From Geosiphon pyriformis uo1 (Eukaryota > Fungi > Glomeromycota): a stretch of DNA of 64,000 nt. The position numbers and the translations under genes are program-made. Below are positions 1 through 12,814 of the stretch, piece after piece; positions within the stretch are counted from its first letter, which is position 1, and each line of letters starts with the position of its first letter. The DNA lies in assembly GCA_016748015.1 (NCBI GenBank), contig JAAOMT010000512.1:294238-358237 (forward strand). The letters are read 5' to 3'. Below the pieces are notes generated by a model. The model was not told where the DNA came from, did no database searches, and worked only from the letters and a program-made list of their open reading frames with translations.

Positions 1-1249
1 TTCCCTATTTTGTAAAATCTGTGTGCTTTTTTTCAATTTACTAAAACAGGGGTCAAATCTCTCTCTTTTCAGTAGTTAACATGAATCCCGTTATTACAAT
101 TTGATTCCCTTATTTTCATCTTTCCATGTTGTTTTCGTTTAATTTTTTATTAGGAGTATGTTTTGATTATTCTTACATTTTCTTTCAAGTTTTCACTTAT
201 TCGATGTGATCATTCTGGTGGTGCCCAAGGTAAACCTGGTCTCATGCTTTATTTTGTAACTTGTCGTTGTACTTGATCTTGGGGACCTGTGTTCGATCTA
301 TATTGTATTTTTTAAATCAAGGGTTGGTTAATAATGATATTGAGTTGAAGTTGAAAGTTTCTTTGAACATAATGAACATAAAATATTTTTGTGGCCTTTT
401 TATCTACAATGTTGTGGATAAACAAAACTAGGATTCAAATTTTGAAATTTATAGCGGGGATCGGGTATACTGGCGAAAATCATAATAGCGGTTAGACCAT
501 CCGAATTTTGAAGATTCCGTTTTCAGCAAATATGTCTATGTTTCATAGTATTCAAAATCTTTTTTTCGCCTCGGTAAAATATTCAATTCGTTTGTGTTTT
601 ACACCTAAAACCATGGAACTTGATGAAATTTGTACCAAGCCACATAAATATGGTTTTGTTTCAATTTTCCTTATATAAATTCCTCGCTTGAACCAAATTT
701 CTTGAAGACAAAATAAAACTTGACTTTTTGATTATGCCTCTGAATTACAAAAGTAGAAAATGAGGAATTTTCCCTGAACAATTAGATCAAAGAGTTCACG
801 GAAAACAACCAATTTGTAAATTTTTTAAGGCGTACTGCAATAAAACCACACAAAATGAATATTCAGAAACAAGTTGTTTGCCCTCACTAAAGAATATAAT
901 ATTCCGAGCAGATATAATTACAGTAACTAATTCTGACTACAAATTTATTAAGAAATTAATGGGCTTTAATCCCTTTCATCGTTTGAGGCATGTACAACTG
1001 ATTGTCATTATTCCAATGTTGATAGACCACAAAAATCCAGATTAGTGAAGTTTACGACTTTTATGATGTCGAACCCAGTGGCTTTAAATAATTGAAAACA
1101 GATACTTGAAAAACACGGCTTTAAAAGCAGACAGCAGTAGAACATAACATAAATCTTTTTTTACAATGAAACCCCAAGATTACTCATTTGTGAATTTGGT
1201 AAAATTCAAATAAATTGAAAAATGAACTAGCAAATTTATTTTATGGCAA

Positions 1250-2455
1250 ACTTATAATCAATACATTAAAATTCTAAAATATGTATTCATGTTTTATCAA
1301 ATAGTAGAAAATTTATTTTGTCTTTATATTATGTAAATCAAACAATAGCATTTTTTATTTATATTACATAATTTTCATAGGTTCTCGAATTTTATTAATA
1401 TATTTTTAATATAAATCCTATTTTTTGTAATAACAAAAATTTTGTTTTTTTTAAAAAACTTAATTTATATACATTTTTTTAATGCTATAACAAACTGTAG
1501 CCCAATTATTGTTTAATACAATATAACCAAAAAACAAGTCCTAAATTAAATGTGATTTATGTATTTTTTATATATAACTACCTATTTAAGCCAGTCAAAA
1601 TTAAACTATATTGAATTTATAAAAGCGAACTTATTCAAAAAAAAAAAATTTTGTATAATTGCAAACAAATTATTATTACCAAAAACCAAATTAGTCAACT
1701 ATATAACAGTTTTATTTATATCAAATTTAATATTAAAAGTCTATAACACTTAAAATATTATTATTAGCAAAAGTATTCTTACTAATAAAAGAATATAAAT
1801 TATTATTGATTATATTATCATTAAAAAAACCATTTATATTACATTTATTTTAAAATTAACAATTTTTTTACTTAAATTTTTAAATATTTTTATCAATTAC
1901 AAGAATTTTTTTACTTATTTTAGTATTAAAAAAAAAAACACTGACCAATTTTATAATCAAAAGAATTAGAAAATTAATAATAACAATAGCAATAAAAAAA
2001 CCAAAAAAATAATAATTTTTAACATAAAATTTTGTATTAATAAAACAAAACTCAAAAATTTTGAATTTAACTATAGGCTTAAACAAAAATTTTGGAAAAA
2101 AAATAAGAATATCTTGTAATTAAAGACTAAATAATTTAAATTTTAATATTTAAAACAGTATTAAAAATTAAAAAATTTTTATCAAATACAATTTTTTTTA
2201 AAGTACTAATTTTAATAATTACAATATTTAAATTTTTTAAAAACAAAAAACAAAAATCTATTTTAATTATTAAGTAAATTTAAAAAACTAAAAAATAAAG
2301 TATTTAAAAAACCAAATTACTTTCTTAAAAATAATACAATCAGAAAAAAAATTTATTAACTTGGTTTTAAAAATGGTTTAAAAATAATAATTTTTTTAAT
2401 AAAAATTAATTAACAAGTCAAAATAATATTTAAAAATATATATAACTTAATAATA
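1250..2455. repeat. Extremely AT-rich degenerate repeat relic (possibly a minus-strand LINE ORF2 remnant)
   Basis: Abrupt change to very high AT with almost no CpG. The short K/I/N/F-rich ORFs are compositional. Only faint resemblance to the LINE post-RT region. Confidence 0.35.
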
Positions 2456-2591
2456 TTTTTTTTTTATTACAAGTTTTACGAGTGAAGCCTAACCACTATC
2501 TAGTACATAAAACCAAACTAAGTAAAACCAACTAAACACAGCTTATACACAGACTACATGTGGCTAACCACTTGAACCAAACAAGACAACA

Positions 2592-5500
2592 CTACACATC
2601 TATGATAACAAAAGCATCACCATCCAAATCAGAGAAAAAACAACACAATTTGAACCTACCAAACCTAACAGCAAAAGATTCTATAACACCAAGCATATAG
2701 ACAACACCAGTCAACAACATAGAAACTACACTGCTGGACAAGCCAGAAACTATACCATTATCTTCAACCAAGCCAGCTTTTTCCATCTCCACTCTATGCT
2801 TGGCCCTAATAGTTCATATTCAAGTGCACTGCAACTCCACCACAAATTTGATGTATTCTACAAGAGTCTAAGTAGCTTTCTTTTTTCCATCAAAAACTAA
2901 AACAGCTTTGGTATATCAATTCCTCATTACAAAACCCTTGCATATTACCATATAAAAACTCATATTCAAAAAACATAATGAGAGTGAGAGCAGAATAGCA
3001 GATGGAGATAAACTTAAAAGACCAAACATTGACATCTATTTTTCAGTAGCTTCAACCAAAATGTCTCTACAGAGACCAAAATCACTAAAACAAGCAAAAA
3101 CATAATCCGAAAACTCCACCTTGTCACACAGCAAACACAAAACATCAGAATAACCTCTGTTATACAACCTTTTTTTAACTGCAACTGGCAGCTGCTTATA
3201 TACAGCCTTTATCAAATACATGCGTAAATTGGCTAACTTTCTACTGGTGAACTCAGAAAGCATATGTGAATTAAGATGCTAAATTGTTACAGTAGTATCT
3301 TAATCTATTTCCTTAATCATAAAATTTGGAACTATATCAAAATCTGGACCAGCCTCTCAACAGACATGGCATATTGATTGGTGTAAGTTCTAAGCAAAAT
3401 AACAAATATTGCCAAATATAACAGTCTTCTCAGCAACTAAAAACCTCTTCCAGATTTTAACTGGCAAAAAAAGAGATGAAGAAGTAGTCTTATTAGCCAG
3501 CACATCAGTTCTTATGTTGCCCAATACATCTGAATGTCCTTTAACTTTTATCTACTTAATTGAAATATTCTTGTCTTTAAGAAGATTGACAATTTGCAAT
3601 CTTTCAATCCAATATTGGTTATAGAAGTCAGATGTAGTCAAAAAAGCTTCAGAAATACAGGCATCAATCATAGATTGACTATCTGAGTACAAAACCACTA
3701 AGCATGAAGATAAAACACACTTCAAAGCCAACACTACAGCTTGCAGTTCAGTTAAAGTAGAGAACAAAAGTCCAGCGATCTTAACTCCAATGCCTACATT
3801 CACAGCCAGGAAGTATGCAGCCACACTACCTATCACCTTAACAGAACCAGCACATCTCAAGGACCCATCTGTATAAATCTCAATACAATCAGATCACACC
3901 TTCAGTAGACTATTATGAATCTCAGAAAACCTATCAGAATCTAAAACACTCAGCACATTCTCCTTAGTAGTAGTAGCAGTTCCGACTCCCAAAGAAACAG
4001 AATTGCTCATAAAATTAGATGTCAAAGAAAACCAGTAAGGCACAAGGCTCCTTGGGTCTAATCGCTTCCAATACCAAAATGTTTTTCAGTCCATCACCTT
4101 TCTTTTCTTGTTAAGAATTCTGTCACCAAAAGCAACACCAAAATGCTTCAATAAAAAAACAAATTTGTAATACAAAAACTGCCTCAGAATGCCAGACATC
4201 AGAAAATTACTAGACCCACAAAAGGCACAAAATAAATTGTTCACTAAAGATAATTTATTCTCCAAAAAAATTTTCACCACCCTTGTCAAAAAATTGTTAA
4301 CAGGACTAATATACAACCTAACAGGAAATTGCAAAGGATTCAGAGGAAACCATCCCAGAACTTGCAAATCCAAAAATCTATGATCAAATAAACATCCAAA
4401 AATACTGTGACCATTAGAAAATGAAATTAGTAATACCAGCTTTTCTTCAGACTGTATTTGTTTAAAGAGCTTTAAATCATATAAAGAAGGGTGGTACAAG
4501 ATCTCACTGGGAAAGTCATGTGGCAAACTAGCTTTGGCTCTAAGACTTTTTCTAATCATAATATCTCACTTATGACACACATCTAATGTAAAAAAACTGA
4601 ACTGGGTACAATATCTAACAATGGGTTGCAAAACTGCCAAAACCAAATAACAGAATTGTTTATCCATAATAGCCTTTCTCAACACTATATTAGAAAAAAA
4701 CCTAACATTCTTATAGACTTGAGCCAAACTGGGCTTAAAGAGACCCTCAGTTAACAAGAAGATACCCAAATATCAATATAACTCACTCTTTTTAGCAATT
4801 GAAATTGGCAATTCATTGATTAATAGCAAAGCATCCTTAACTCCTTAATTAATAAAAATTGCTACTGTCTTATCATTATTAATTGAAATGTCATTAATCA
4901 CAAAAAATTCACTAGCAATGTTTAAAATATACTATGTAGACATCTGATTACTTCTAACTCAAATCATATCATTAACAAAAGTGCCTGCAGCCAAAAAAAA
5001 AGTTTTTTCTCTACTTGCCTCAATCCTGCCAGACTTTACTATAAACTTAGAATCAATCTTATACCTGCATAAGTGCTCATGTCTTTTTACTTTACACAAA
5101 AGTGGATCATAAAATATTTTTTAAAGCAATAGAAAAAAGATTTTCCCTTAATCCAACTCATCATGTACTCTATAACCATTTAAAAACCCAAAGTCAGTTA
5201 TCACTCTGTTGACCTGGTTCTCATGAATGTTGCCAAAAAATTGGATGAAACATTCACACATTTTGATGTGACACAAGTTTGTTCGCAAATAATGTCAGCA
5301 CACTAAATCATAAGCTTTGTGCATATCCTGCTGTTATCAGTAGAATTTTAGCTATTAATTAGCATAAAATTACTCTTATAATTTCTATAATTAATTAGTA
5401 TATTAATACTATTTCAAATTATTATTTATTATTTAATCAATTATCACATATCATGATTTAATTAAATAATCTAATTAGTATAACAGAAAGTAGGATGATC

Positions 5501-8278
5501 AAATTACACAATATTTTGAACTTTGTAACATTCAAAAATTTGCCGAAATTTATAAGAAATTTGCCAAAATTTATAGAAATTTGCCAAAATTATGAATAGT
5601 TCACCCAAATTAATCAATAGTTTAGCGAAATAACTTGTAATTCATCAAAATGTATCTTTAGTTTGCCAAAAGTTGAGCAAAGAGAAAAAGTGCAAGTTCA
5701 TAAACTAGTACTACAACAAATTATATAAAAGAAGAGCTTTTCTTTTCAAGAAAATGTATTTTACTTTAGATTTATCACTTAGAACCGTTCTTATACACAC
5801 AAAAAGAAATAAATATCAAATAATTCGAAAAACCAAATTCTTTAATTATTGCACTTGGAAAATCCCCAAAACCCAACTAACATTTCGAAATTGATTAGCT
5901 ACCAATTTCAGTAAACTGTTAGTGACTCCAGGCCTGGATAGAAAACGTTTCCCTTGATAAAATCCTATTTCTTTTACATTTCTTTTATTTTTCTTTTATT
6001 TTCTTATTACAATTATTAGAGTAGCCTACAGATGAGATTCCTGTAGAAGAGTTGACTTTCACAGCAAAGTAACTACACATTTTTAGTGAGCTTCCAGATG
6101 AGCAATTCCTGGGAAAGAGTTGATGTTTACTACAATGTAACTATACAAAGTAACTGGCATAGAATTGGCCATTCCACTTATAAGCCCAGCAGTTCAAATT
6201 ATAGAAGATAATTTGAAGATAAATTCAGTTATTGGAGGTTCAACTACTTCTAGAAAACATGAATTTGCAACCAACAGACAGTTATAACATTTAAAAAAAG
6301 AGACCAAAAACCTCCAGTAATACTGCAGCACTAACCAAAACTCCCTGTTTTTCTCCAGAGCATTCTCAACAACCAAGCCAATAGCAAAAATAGGAAACTG
6401 GGTCAAAGTACCTTTCAACACTAAAAAATTGTCATCATGAAAAACATTAAACTTGTTACAAGCCAAAAATATCCGATTAAATAGGATCTTAAATAGTATT
6501 TTGCATGCTGTTTTGACTAATGCAATAAGTCTAGTATTTGTCAAAACACCATTCCACTCATAAGGTTTCGGAATCATTGAAACCCATGCTTCTTTTTACA
6601 GATCAGGAACTGCACCCATACTTAAACATAAATTCAATAATTTCAAAAGACAGACCAAAACCTCCCTATCACAACGCTTTCAAAGTTCATTAGATATTCC
6701 TGATAACTTGGCTGCTTTATTGTTCAGCAGATTATCTACAACCAAAAACAATTCTTCCATACCAATTTTATTTATTGTACCAGAAAAAGCATCATTATTC
6801 ACATAATCCAGAAGCATATATTGACAAGTTCAGAGGTCAGGTATTTTTGGAAGAACTGATCACTTTCTTGTCTACTTTCTCATAATTTTATCAACTTTAA
6901 GCTTTACTTCATTAGGCTCAATTACTAGCTCATCATCTATTACCAAGTGATCCAAAACCACCTTGCGAAATGGACATTCCAGAATGCTCTTTATCATCTT
7001 TTCTTTGTCAGAACAGAAGTTTTTTATATGATGGTCAATTGCCTTTCTTATAGTAGTATTTTCACCAACCTTGAACTCGCAATACTTGGACTTATGATAC
7101 CCTTTTCTTATTACCAACAAATATTTAATCAACTTCATCAAGCTCACACCATTCAAAACCATGCCATTAACTTTAGAAGCTTCAATTACATCAATAGTCA
7201 ACCAGACTTTAATAAGGTGGTTGAAATTCAAGAGATTACCAGAGTTCCAACATTTCACAACTTTTGCAACAAGCAGCTCTAATTTAAAGAATTTGAAAGA
7301 TTGTTTATTTCTTGAACAGTCATATTTACTATATCAGAGCTTAGAAAAAACTGTGTCAGCAGCCTATACTATGATCTCTTCTAATATTTTTCACATTGTA
7401 TTCAAGTTACCATTGATTCTTGCCTTCTTAAATATGTCCGACTTAGCCAACAACATGGCAAAAGAGCAGTCTTTAAAGCCTAATCATTGAACATCATTTG
7501 CATTTTTTAATTTGAACTTCCACCAGTCTTGGTTGGCTTGTCTGCAAATGCTAATAAGATGTATATCCAACAGCCCACCCAAACCAATTAAAACAAAAAC
7601 TGATTTATAATCTGTATCAAAAAACTCAGACACACTATTGACAAAATGTGATGCCATAGCAGACACCAAATTCCCATTCACTAAAATAAAATCAATCACT
7701 TTCTCAACACCTCTAAAATTGCTCTAGGTAGAAGTCTTGACCAATAAGTATCTATCAAAAGTATTAACCAGGCCCAGACCCAAACAGAACTTGAAACTTG
7801 CACTTTTGCTAGAATTATTCTCATTAAAGTTACCACCTAAAACCACAAAAAAGCTGGAATTGACCACTTCGGAAACCATAGAATTGATATCAGCAGCTTA
7901 ACTAAATCATGTGCCAATAGATGCACCAATGTACAGACCCAAGATCATAACTAAAAGCTTGTTCTTAAACAAAAAGTGCACAGAAATCAAACAACCAAAA
8001 ATCTTATTTACTTTCAAAACATGCTGAGCCAAAGAATTGTTCATAATTATGGCAACTCCAGCATCATGAAACACAATATCCAAACCAGAAATAAAAACCC
8101 AAAGTTTATCAAATTTATTCATGATCCAAGGCCTAATGTCAGACCTCAATTTTGCCTTAGTAACAATCAAAATCATATTTTCCGAATCCTTATGCCAACA
8201 AACAATGTTTTTCTGTTTAGCTAAATTTGACATATTTCTAATATTACATGTAGCCACTCTCCAAATAAGCTCACTTAT
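2592..8278 (-). pseudogene. LINE A ORF2 pseudogene (APE endonuclease-RT-RNase H-CCHC)
   Basis: APE: WRVATCNIRNM, MIDFILV. RT: IPKPYEW..NTRLIAL, WLVLQ^DMHKAYD, FVND (from FVDD). RNase H: ELQAVVLAL, YSDSQ. C-terminal CLLC..DYVFAC. Many stops and frameshifts. Confidence 0.92.
5332..6322 (+). mobile_element. Solo LTR, Gypsy family 1 (991 bp), inserted in LINE A RT
   Basis: Termini TGTTATCAG...CCAGTAATA. 4-bp TSD CTGC at 5328-5331 and 6323-6326. Removing the LTR restores WLVLQDMHKAYD. Homologous to the LTR at 59020-59999. Confidence 0.95.
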
Positions 8279-10170
8279 TGATGTAAAAGATGCACCAAAA
8301 AACCCAAATTTAAGCACAACAGATCTAATTTCCCCAAAATTGAGCTAATAGAAACTTTAAAAGCCATCATTTTAGATTCCAAACCACCAACTTTGGAGGT
8401 AAGAACTTTTGAACTGCTCAGACCCAAATCTACCACTTTGTCTTCTAATACTGGAGACAAAGGAGAAAAAGACAGCTGAGGGACATCCAAAACCATATCA
8501 GTATCTGGTGCCAACATAGAAACAGAGGCAGCCAAAAGTACAACTTGAGTAGTAGGCACTAGGGACACCAGCTCCACACCATTTAATCTATGCACAATAT
8601 CTGACACCTGATTAGCTAGTAATTCTAATAAACATTCCAGTGAAGCTAAACAATTATTGATTAAGGAATCATTTTGAACAACCAGTGCACTTTTTTTAAT
8701 ACTCAAAGAACCAGAAAGAGGAAGACCAGACCCAAAATCAGAATCGAAATGAGGGCCACTAAAAGGAGAAGCAAGTGAGACCACTTGCACCTAAGATTTG
8801 CCACCAAAGACAGCAGGTTTAGAAATAGGAACACCTTTCCTAGCATACAATTTTGCCAGCCAGAGATGATGGTCTTCTGAAGGAACTCTTTTAACAGGTC
8901 TTAAGAGCTTAAAGATGGGTGGAGTTGGTACATTACACTCTAGAGCAGAATGGCCAAGATGTCCATACTTCTCACAGTGAACCAAGTCCAATCTAGCCCA
9001 AGATAATTTAACACCAAATATTAGCTCAGTATGATAAGCAGACTCCAAATTCTTCTCAGAATTAAAACCAACTACAGCACAGCATATCTGGTTGCCAGAA
9101 TCCATTGAGTGATTAATGACACAGGTTTTCTCACCAGTCTTATCCAAAAGAGTGTCTAAATCATGAACAGTTGTTTCTATTGGCAAAGTAAAAAGCAATG
9201 CTCTGAACCTATCTCTTAACACCCAAGTTTTACAATCACTTACAGCCATAGCCACATGCACCAAATCTTTACCAATCAAGAAAAACCATTTAGCAGCCAA
9301 TTGTTTAGCCTGATCTACATCAGCAAATTCCACCACAGCTTTTTTGCCACAATCCAATAAGTTGAATTTTGATCGACTTAATTTTACCAAACTCAGCTAG
9401 AGCAGCAACAATCATATCCTTTGGTGTGTTTATGGGAATTTTTTTGATGACCACAGCTTGATCTGAATGAATTTCTTGTTTCTTAAGATCGCTGTTTACA
9501 TCAATTCTTTTTTCTCTGGCCAATGATGTGGCGTTAATCATGCTTTCTTCAGAAGTAAACATAGATCTGATGATCCTTTCAAATTTTGAAGGAGTAGTGG
9601 CTCTCCCAAAACTATTGACTAAAGAAAAAATTTTCCTGATGAATTGAGTTTTTGCCATTGCTGATTTCCCTTCCATAGCACTAAGATTAATATCAAGCAC
9701 AAAAGACTTTTTGACAGACACTTCAACTTGAATTTTGACAATTTTCAGGTCAACACATTTTTTCTCAAGAGAAATTTTAAGAAAGGGAGAAAGGGGGTCT
9801 ATTATCTTCATCCATGCCATAATCGATTGAGCCAAGAGGAAAGCCACAAACCATGTTGGTAATTATCTTTTTAGCTTTAGGAGTGTTTGTCACCAAACCA
9901 AGAAAAAAACTATTGCCAGCACTAAAAAAAATATTATTACCCTCACTATCATCAGACATACTGTCTATATCCGAATACACACCATGACTAGGAATAGGTT
10001 TGATCAAAGAAATATCTTTTTCATCTCCAGAATGCTTGATATTATCAACAGAAACCCTTTTTTTTTAAGAGAAAGAAACCCCAACAGGACCATAAAAAAT
10101 TCTTATGAACACCTTCTTCTTAGATATAGCACTACTTGAAGCAGCAGCCAAGTTTACCACAAAAAGATTA
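8275..10170 (-). pseudogene. LINE A ORF1 pseudogene (two RRM-like regions, zinc knuckle, C-terminal coiled coils)
   Basis: VVIKKIP..EFGKIKSIKIQLIGLWQK; RALLFTLP..GEKTCVIN; CEKYGHLGHSALEC (decayed CX2CX4HX4C); LASLECLLELLANQVS; KVGGLESKM. Start approximate. Confidence 0.85.
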
Positions 10171-10470
10171 TTTGATTTAGAAATGTTTGCAAGAAATAGC
10201 AAGAAAAAATAAAAACTTCTTTTTTGAAAAATGCTTTTTGGGGTTTTTTAAAAGTAAGAGAGAAAAAAGTTTTATTTGTTAAAGAAGTTATTAAGAAAAA
10301 ATACAATATTATATTGTTATTGACCAGCAAACATTAATTGAACACCAAAAATTTTATTAAAAACACACATAATAATTTTAATATTATTTATAAAAACTTA
10401 AAATAATTTTTATAAAAGATAACAATAACAAAAACAAAAATTATAGAAATTTTACAATCTTAAAAATATT

Positions 10471-10872
10471 ATTATTAATAAAATTTAAGTTATTAATTAC
10501 TTTTATAATTTTTATTATTAATTAACATATAATATTGTTTTTGTTTTTATTATATATTATTTAATTAAATTATTAAATTTTATCATTTAATTAATAATTA
10601 AATTTATATAATACATAAATATAATTAAATACAATAATTAAATTATGCAATATTTTAAATTATATAACTTTTAAAATTTGTTAAAATATTTAATAATTTG
10701 TCAAATTAATTTGTAATTTACTAAAATATATATTTAAACTTGAAAAAAGTCATAAAAATATTAACAAAAAAAGTATATTAAAACTTAAAATAATATTAAA
10801 ACAAATTATATAAAAAAAAAATTTAAAATTAATTTATTAAATAATAAATTATTTAAATAAAATAATTATTAT
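10471..10872 (+). repeat. Degenerate family-1 LTR, 5' part; split by LINE B and resuming at ~17621-17745
   Basis: Colinear, AT-shifted similarity to the first ~450 bp of the 5332 LTR. After LINE B's tail the sequence resumes with LTR motifs (aaaaaccaaact..., gttaatttttactataaaataa). Confidence 0.65.
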
Positions 10873-10981
10873 AAAAAAAAATTTTCTTTCTTTCATTCAT
10901 CCCAAATTCCCAAAAAAGAGCCAAGAAAATTTTTCTGAAAGAAGTTTTTTCAACATTTAGCATGATAAATCCAAACCATTT

Positions 10982-12814
10982 TTGCTTGATTACAAGACCA
11001 TTATTAGTCTTTGTATTGCTGTTCTGACCAAGTTTATCATGGAGCCTAGTTTTAATATTGAAGTTAAGTCTGCTAAGTCTAGAAAGAAAAAGAGAGGTGG
11101 TGCTTTGGAGAACAATATTGATAATAAAAAATTCACCACTGTTAAGATGTTAAGTAGGCATTCTTAGGAGTTTAAGACTGGTGATACTACTGAGTTTGAT
11201 AGTGTGAACATGGAGAAAAAATGTTTGGTTGAAAAAACCAGCTTTGATCATAGAGAAGGTGGCACTTTTGCTGGTAGGAACTCGAACCAAACTCTTAAGA
11301 ATTCAAAAATTCAGACCAAAAGAGCACTGAGTAAGTCACTTGAAAAAATCAACTTTTTAAGCAATGATAACAATGACATTCTTTTGGATGAACCTGTGGT
11401 TCTTCTTCCTTCTTTGAAGAACTTGGTTAATGTTTTTGTTTATAAATCTTTTGCTTTGGATATTGGGCTGGACAAGGTAGTGGGTAAATCTTCTCAAAAG
11501 AAATGCACAGTGGTCAGAAAATTATTTTCAAGAATCAATGGTTTTGGAGAGGTTTCTACTTCCTTAAAATTCTCTAGGATTATCCAAGCGACTTTTACCT
11601 CTGAATTAGATTTGATAAAAGCCACTGAAAAGACTATTGGTGCAAAGATCATTGTAAACACCAATTTTAAGAAATCTACTGGGTAATCAGATCAGGCTGT
11701 GGTTATGAAAGAAATACTAATTGAAACAATGGCTGAGATTGTGCACACTGTGCTATCTGAGTTTGGCATAATTAAGTCAATCAAGATGCAATTAGTGGGG
11801 CTGTGGCAGAAAGCAGTGGTTGAATTTGAATAGGTTAAGTATGCTAATTTGGCTGCAGCACGTTGATCTATTCTGATTGGAAAAGATACAGTATGGGTTG
11901 CTAGATCTGATATGGACAAAGAATCTTAGGACACGAGAGATGTTCACAAAGCCCTTTTGTACACTCTTCTAATAGAAACAAATGCACATAATATTTGAGA
12001 CTATATTACTTTAGTGGGTGGAAAAACTTGTCTCATTGACTGGCATCTGGTTTCTTATGTCCAAGCCAGATGTGCCACTATCTGTTTTGATTCTTCTGAA
12101 TCTCTGAATGCTGTCTTAAAAACCACACCTGTTTTGAAAGGGGCCAATCTTTACTGGGCTTATCTTGTTTTGGCTAAGTGTATGGAATGTAAGAAAATAG
12201 GTTATACCTTCTTATCTTGTTCTGTTGGTATAAAAAAGAATGTTTCTTTTAATGCTTTCTCATGGAAATTCTGTTGGATTCAGATAAAAGCAGGCTGGCT
12301 GCTATTTATGCCAAATGCTCAGTTCCAGTTGCTTGTCCTGTTTCTTTTGAAGGTGTTTTCTGAGCATAGATCACTAGTGGATCTTCTTTTCCTCCTCTTC
12401 CTGTTCAAAATAGTTTATCAGGTGCTGGCTATTCTTCAGAGTTAAAGCCTACTCCATTGGTGTCTTTGGAAGTAAATGATAGATTTGTCATTTTTGAACA
12501 CAGTCTTGTTAGCCTTGTAGAGTGTATTGATAAGCTGGCTAAGAGGTTGGACACACCCAGGCCAACAGTTTCCTAGCTTAGCCTTGGACATTAGCTGTTG
12601 GTAATCCTTTTGTCATAGAATCAAAGGGTAAATATAGTGATAAGTAAGAGTTCGGGTGTGGCCATTAGTGGTAGAACTAAAGTAAAAGTGGTGATGTTTG
12701 ATTTCTCTGTTATCAAAAAGTTGAAGAACACTTTGCACAATTTGTTAATTACAGTTATGGGCCTTTCGGCCAAAATAGACAATGCTGGTTTCTGCTGCTT
12801 CCTTTTCTCAATGA
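10982..12814 (+). pseudogene. LINE B ORF1 pseudogene
   Basis: KSFALDIGLDKVVGKSSQ, GGKTCLID, CMECKKIGYTFLSC (decayed knuckle). Ends CAA TGA at 12809-12814. Start approximate. Confidence 0.85.

Larger units (their letters stand above)
2456..10277 (-). mobile_element. LINE copy A: full-length (~6.8 kb without the inserted LTR) non-LTR retrotransposon, decayed
   Basis: Poly(A) tail reads as a T-run at 2456-2465, preceded by AATAAA on the minus strand. ORF1 and ORF2 fragments are in canonical order. The 5' leader at 10207-10277 matches the other copies. Interrupted by the solo LTR at 5332-6322. Confidence 0.93.

Noticed and set aside
1-1200. CpG-containing unique sequence with a possible minus-strand exon (~177-286)
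   Set aside because: All three frames of the candidate exon have stops. Probably UTR/promoter of a gene outside the window; nothing callable.
6194-6577. 127-aa ORF starting with RT motifs
   Set aside because: Chimeric read-through from LINE A RT into the antisense of the inserted solo LTR (junction after WLVLQ); not a gene.
10278-10872. Head-to-head LINE A / LINE B pair as a bidirectional unit
   Set aside because: Different ORF1 subfamilies, and the spacer is an older LTR-element relic; independent insertions explain it.
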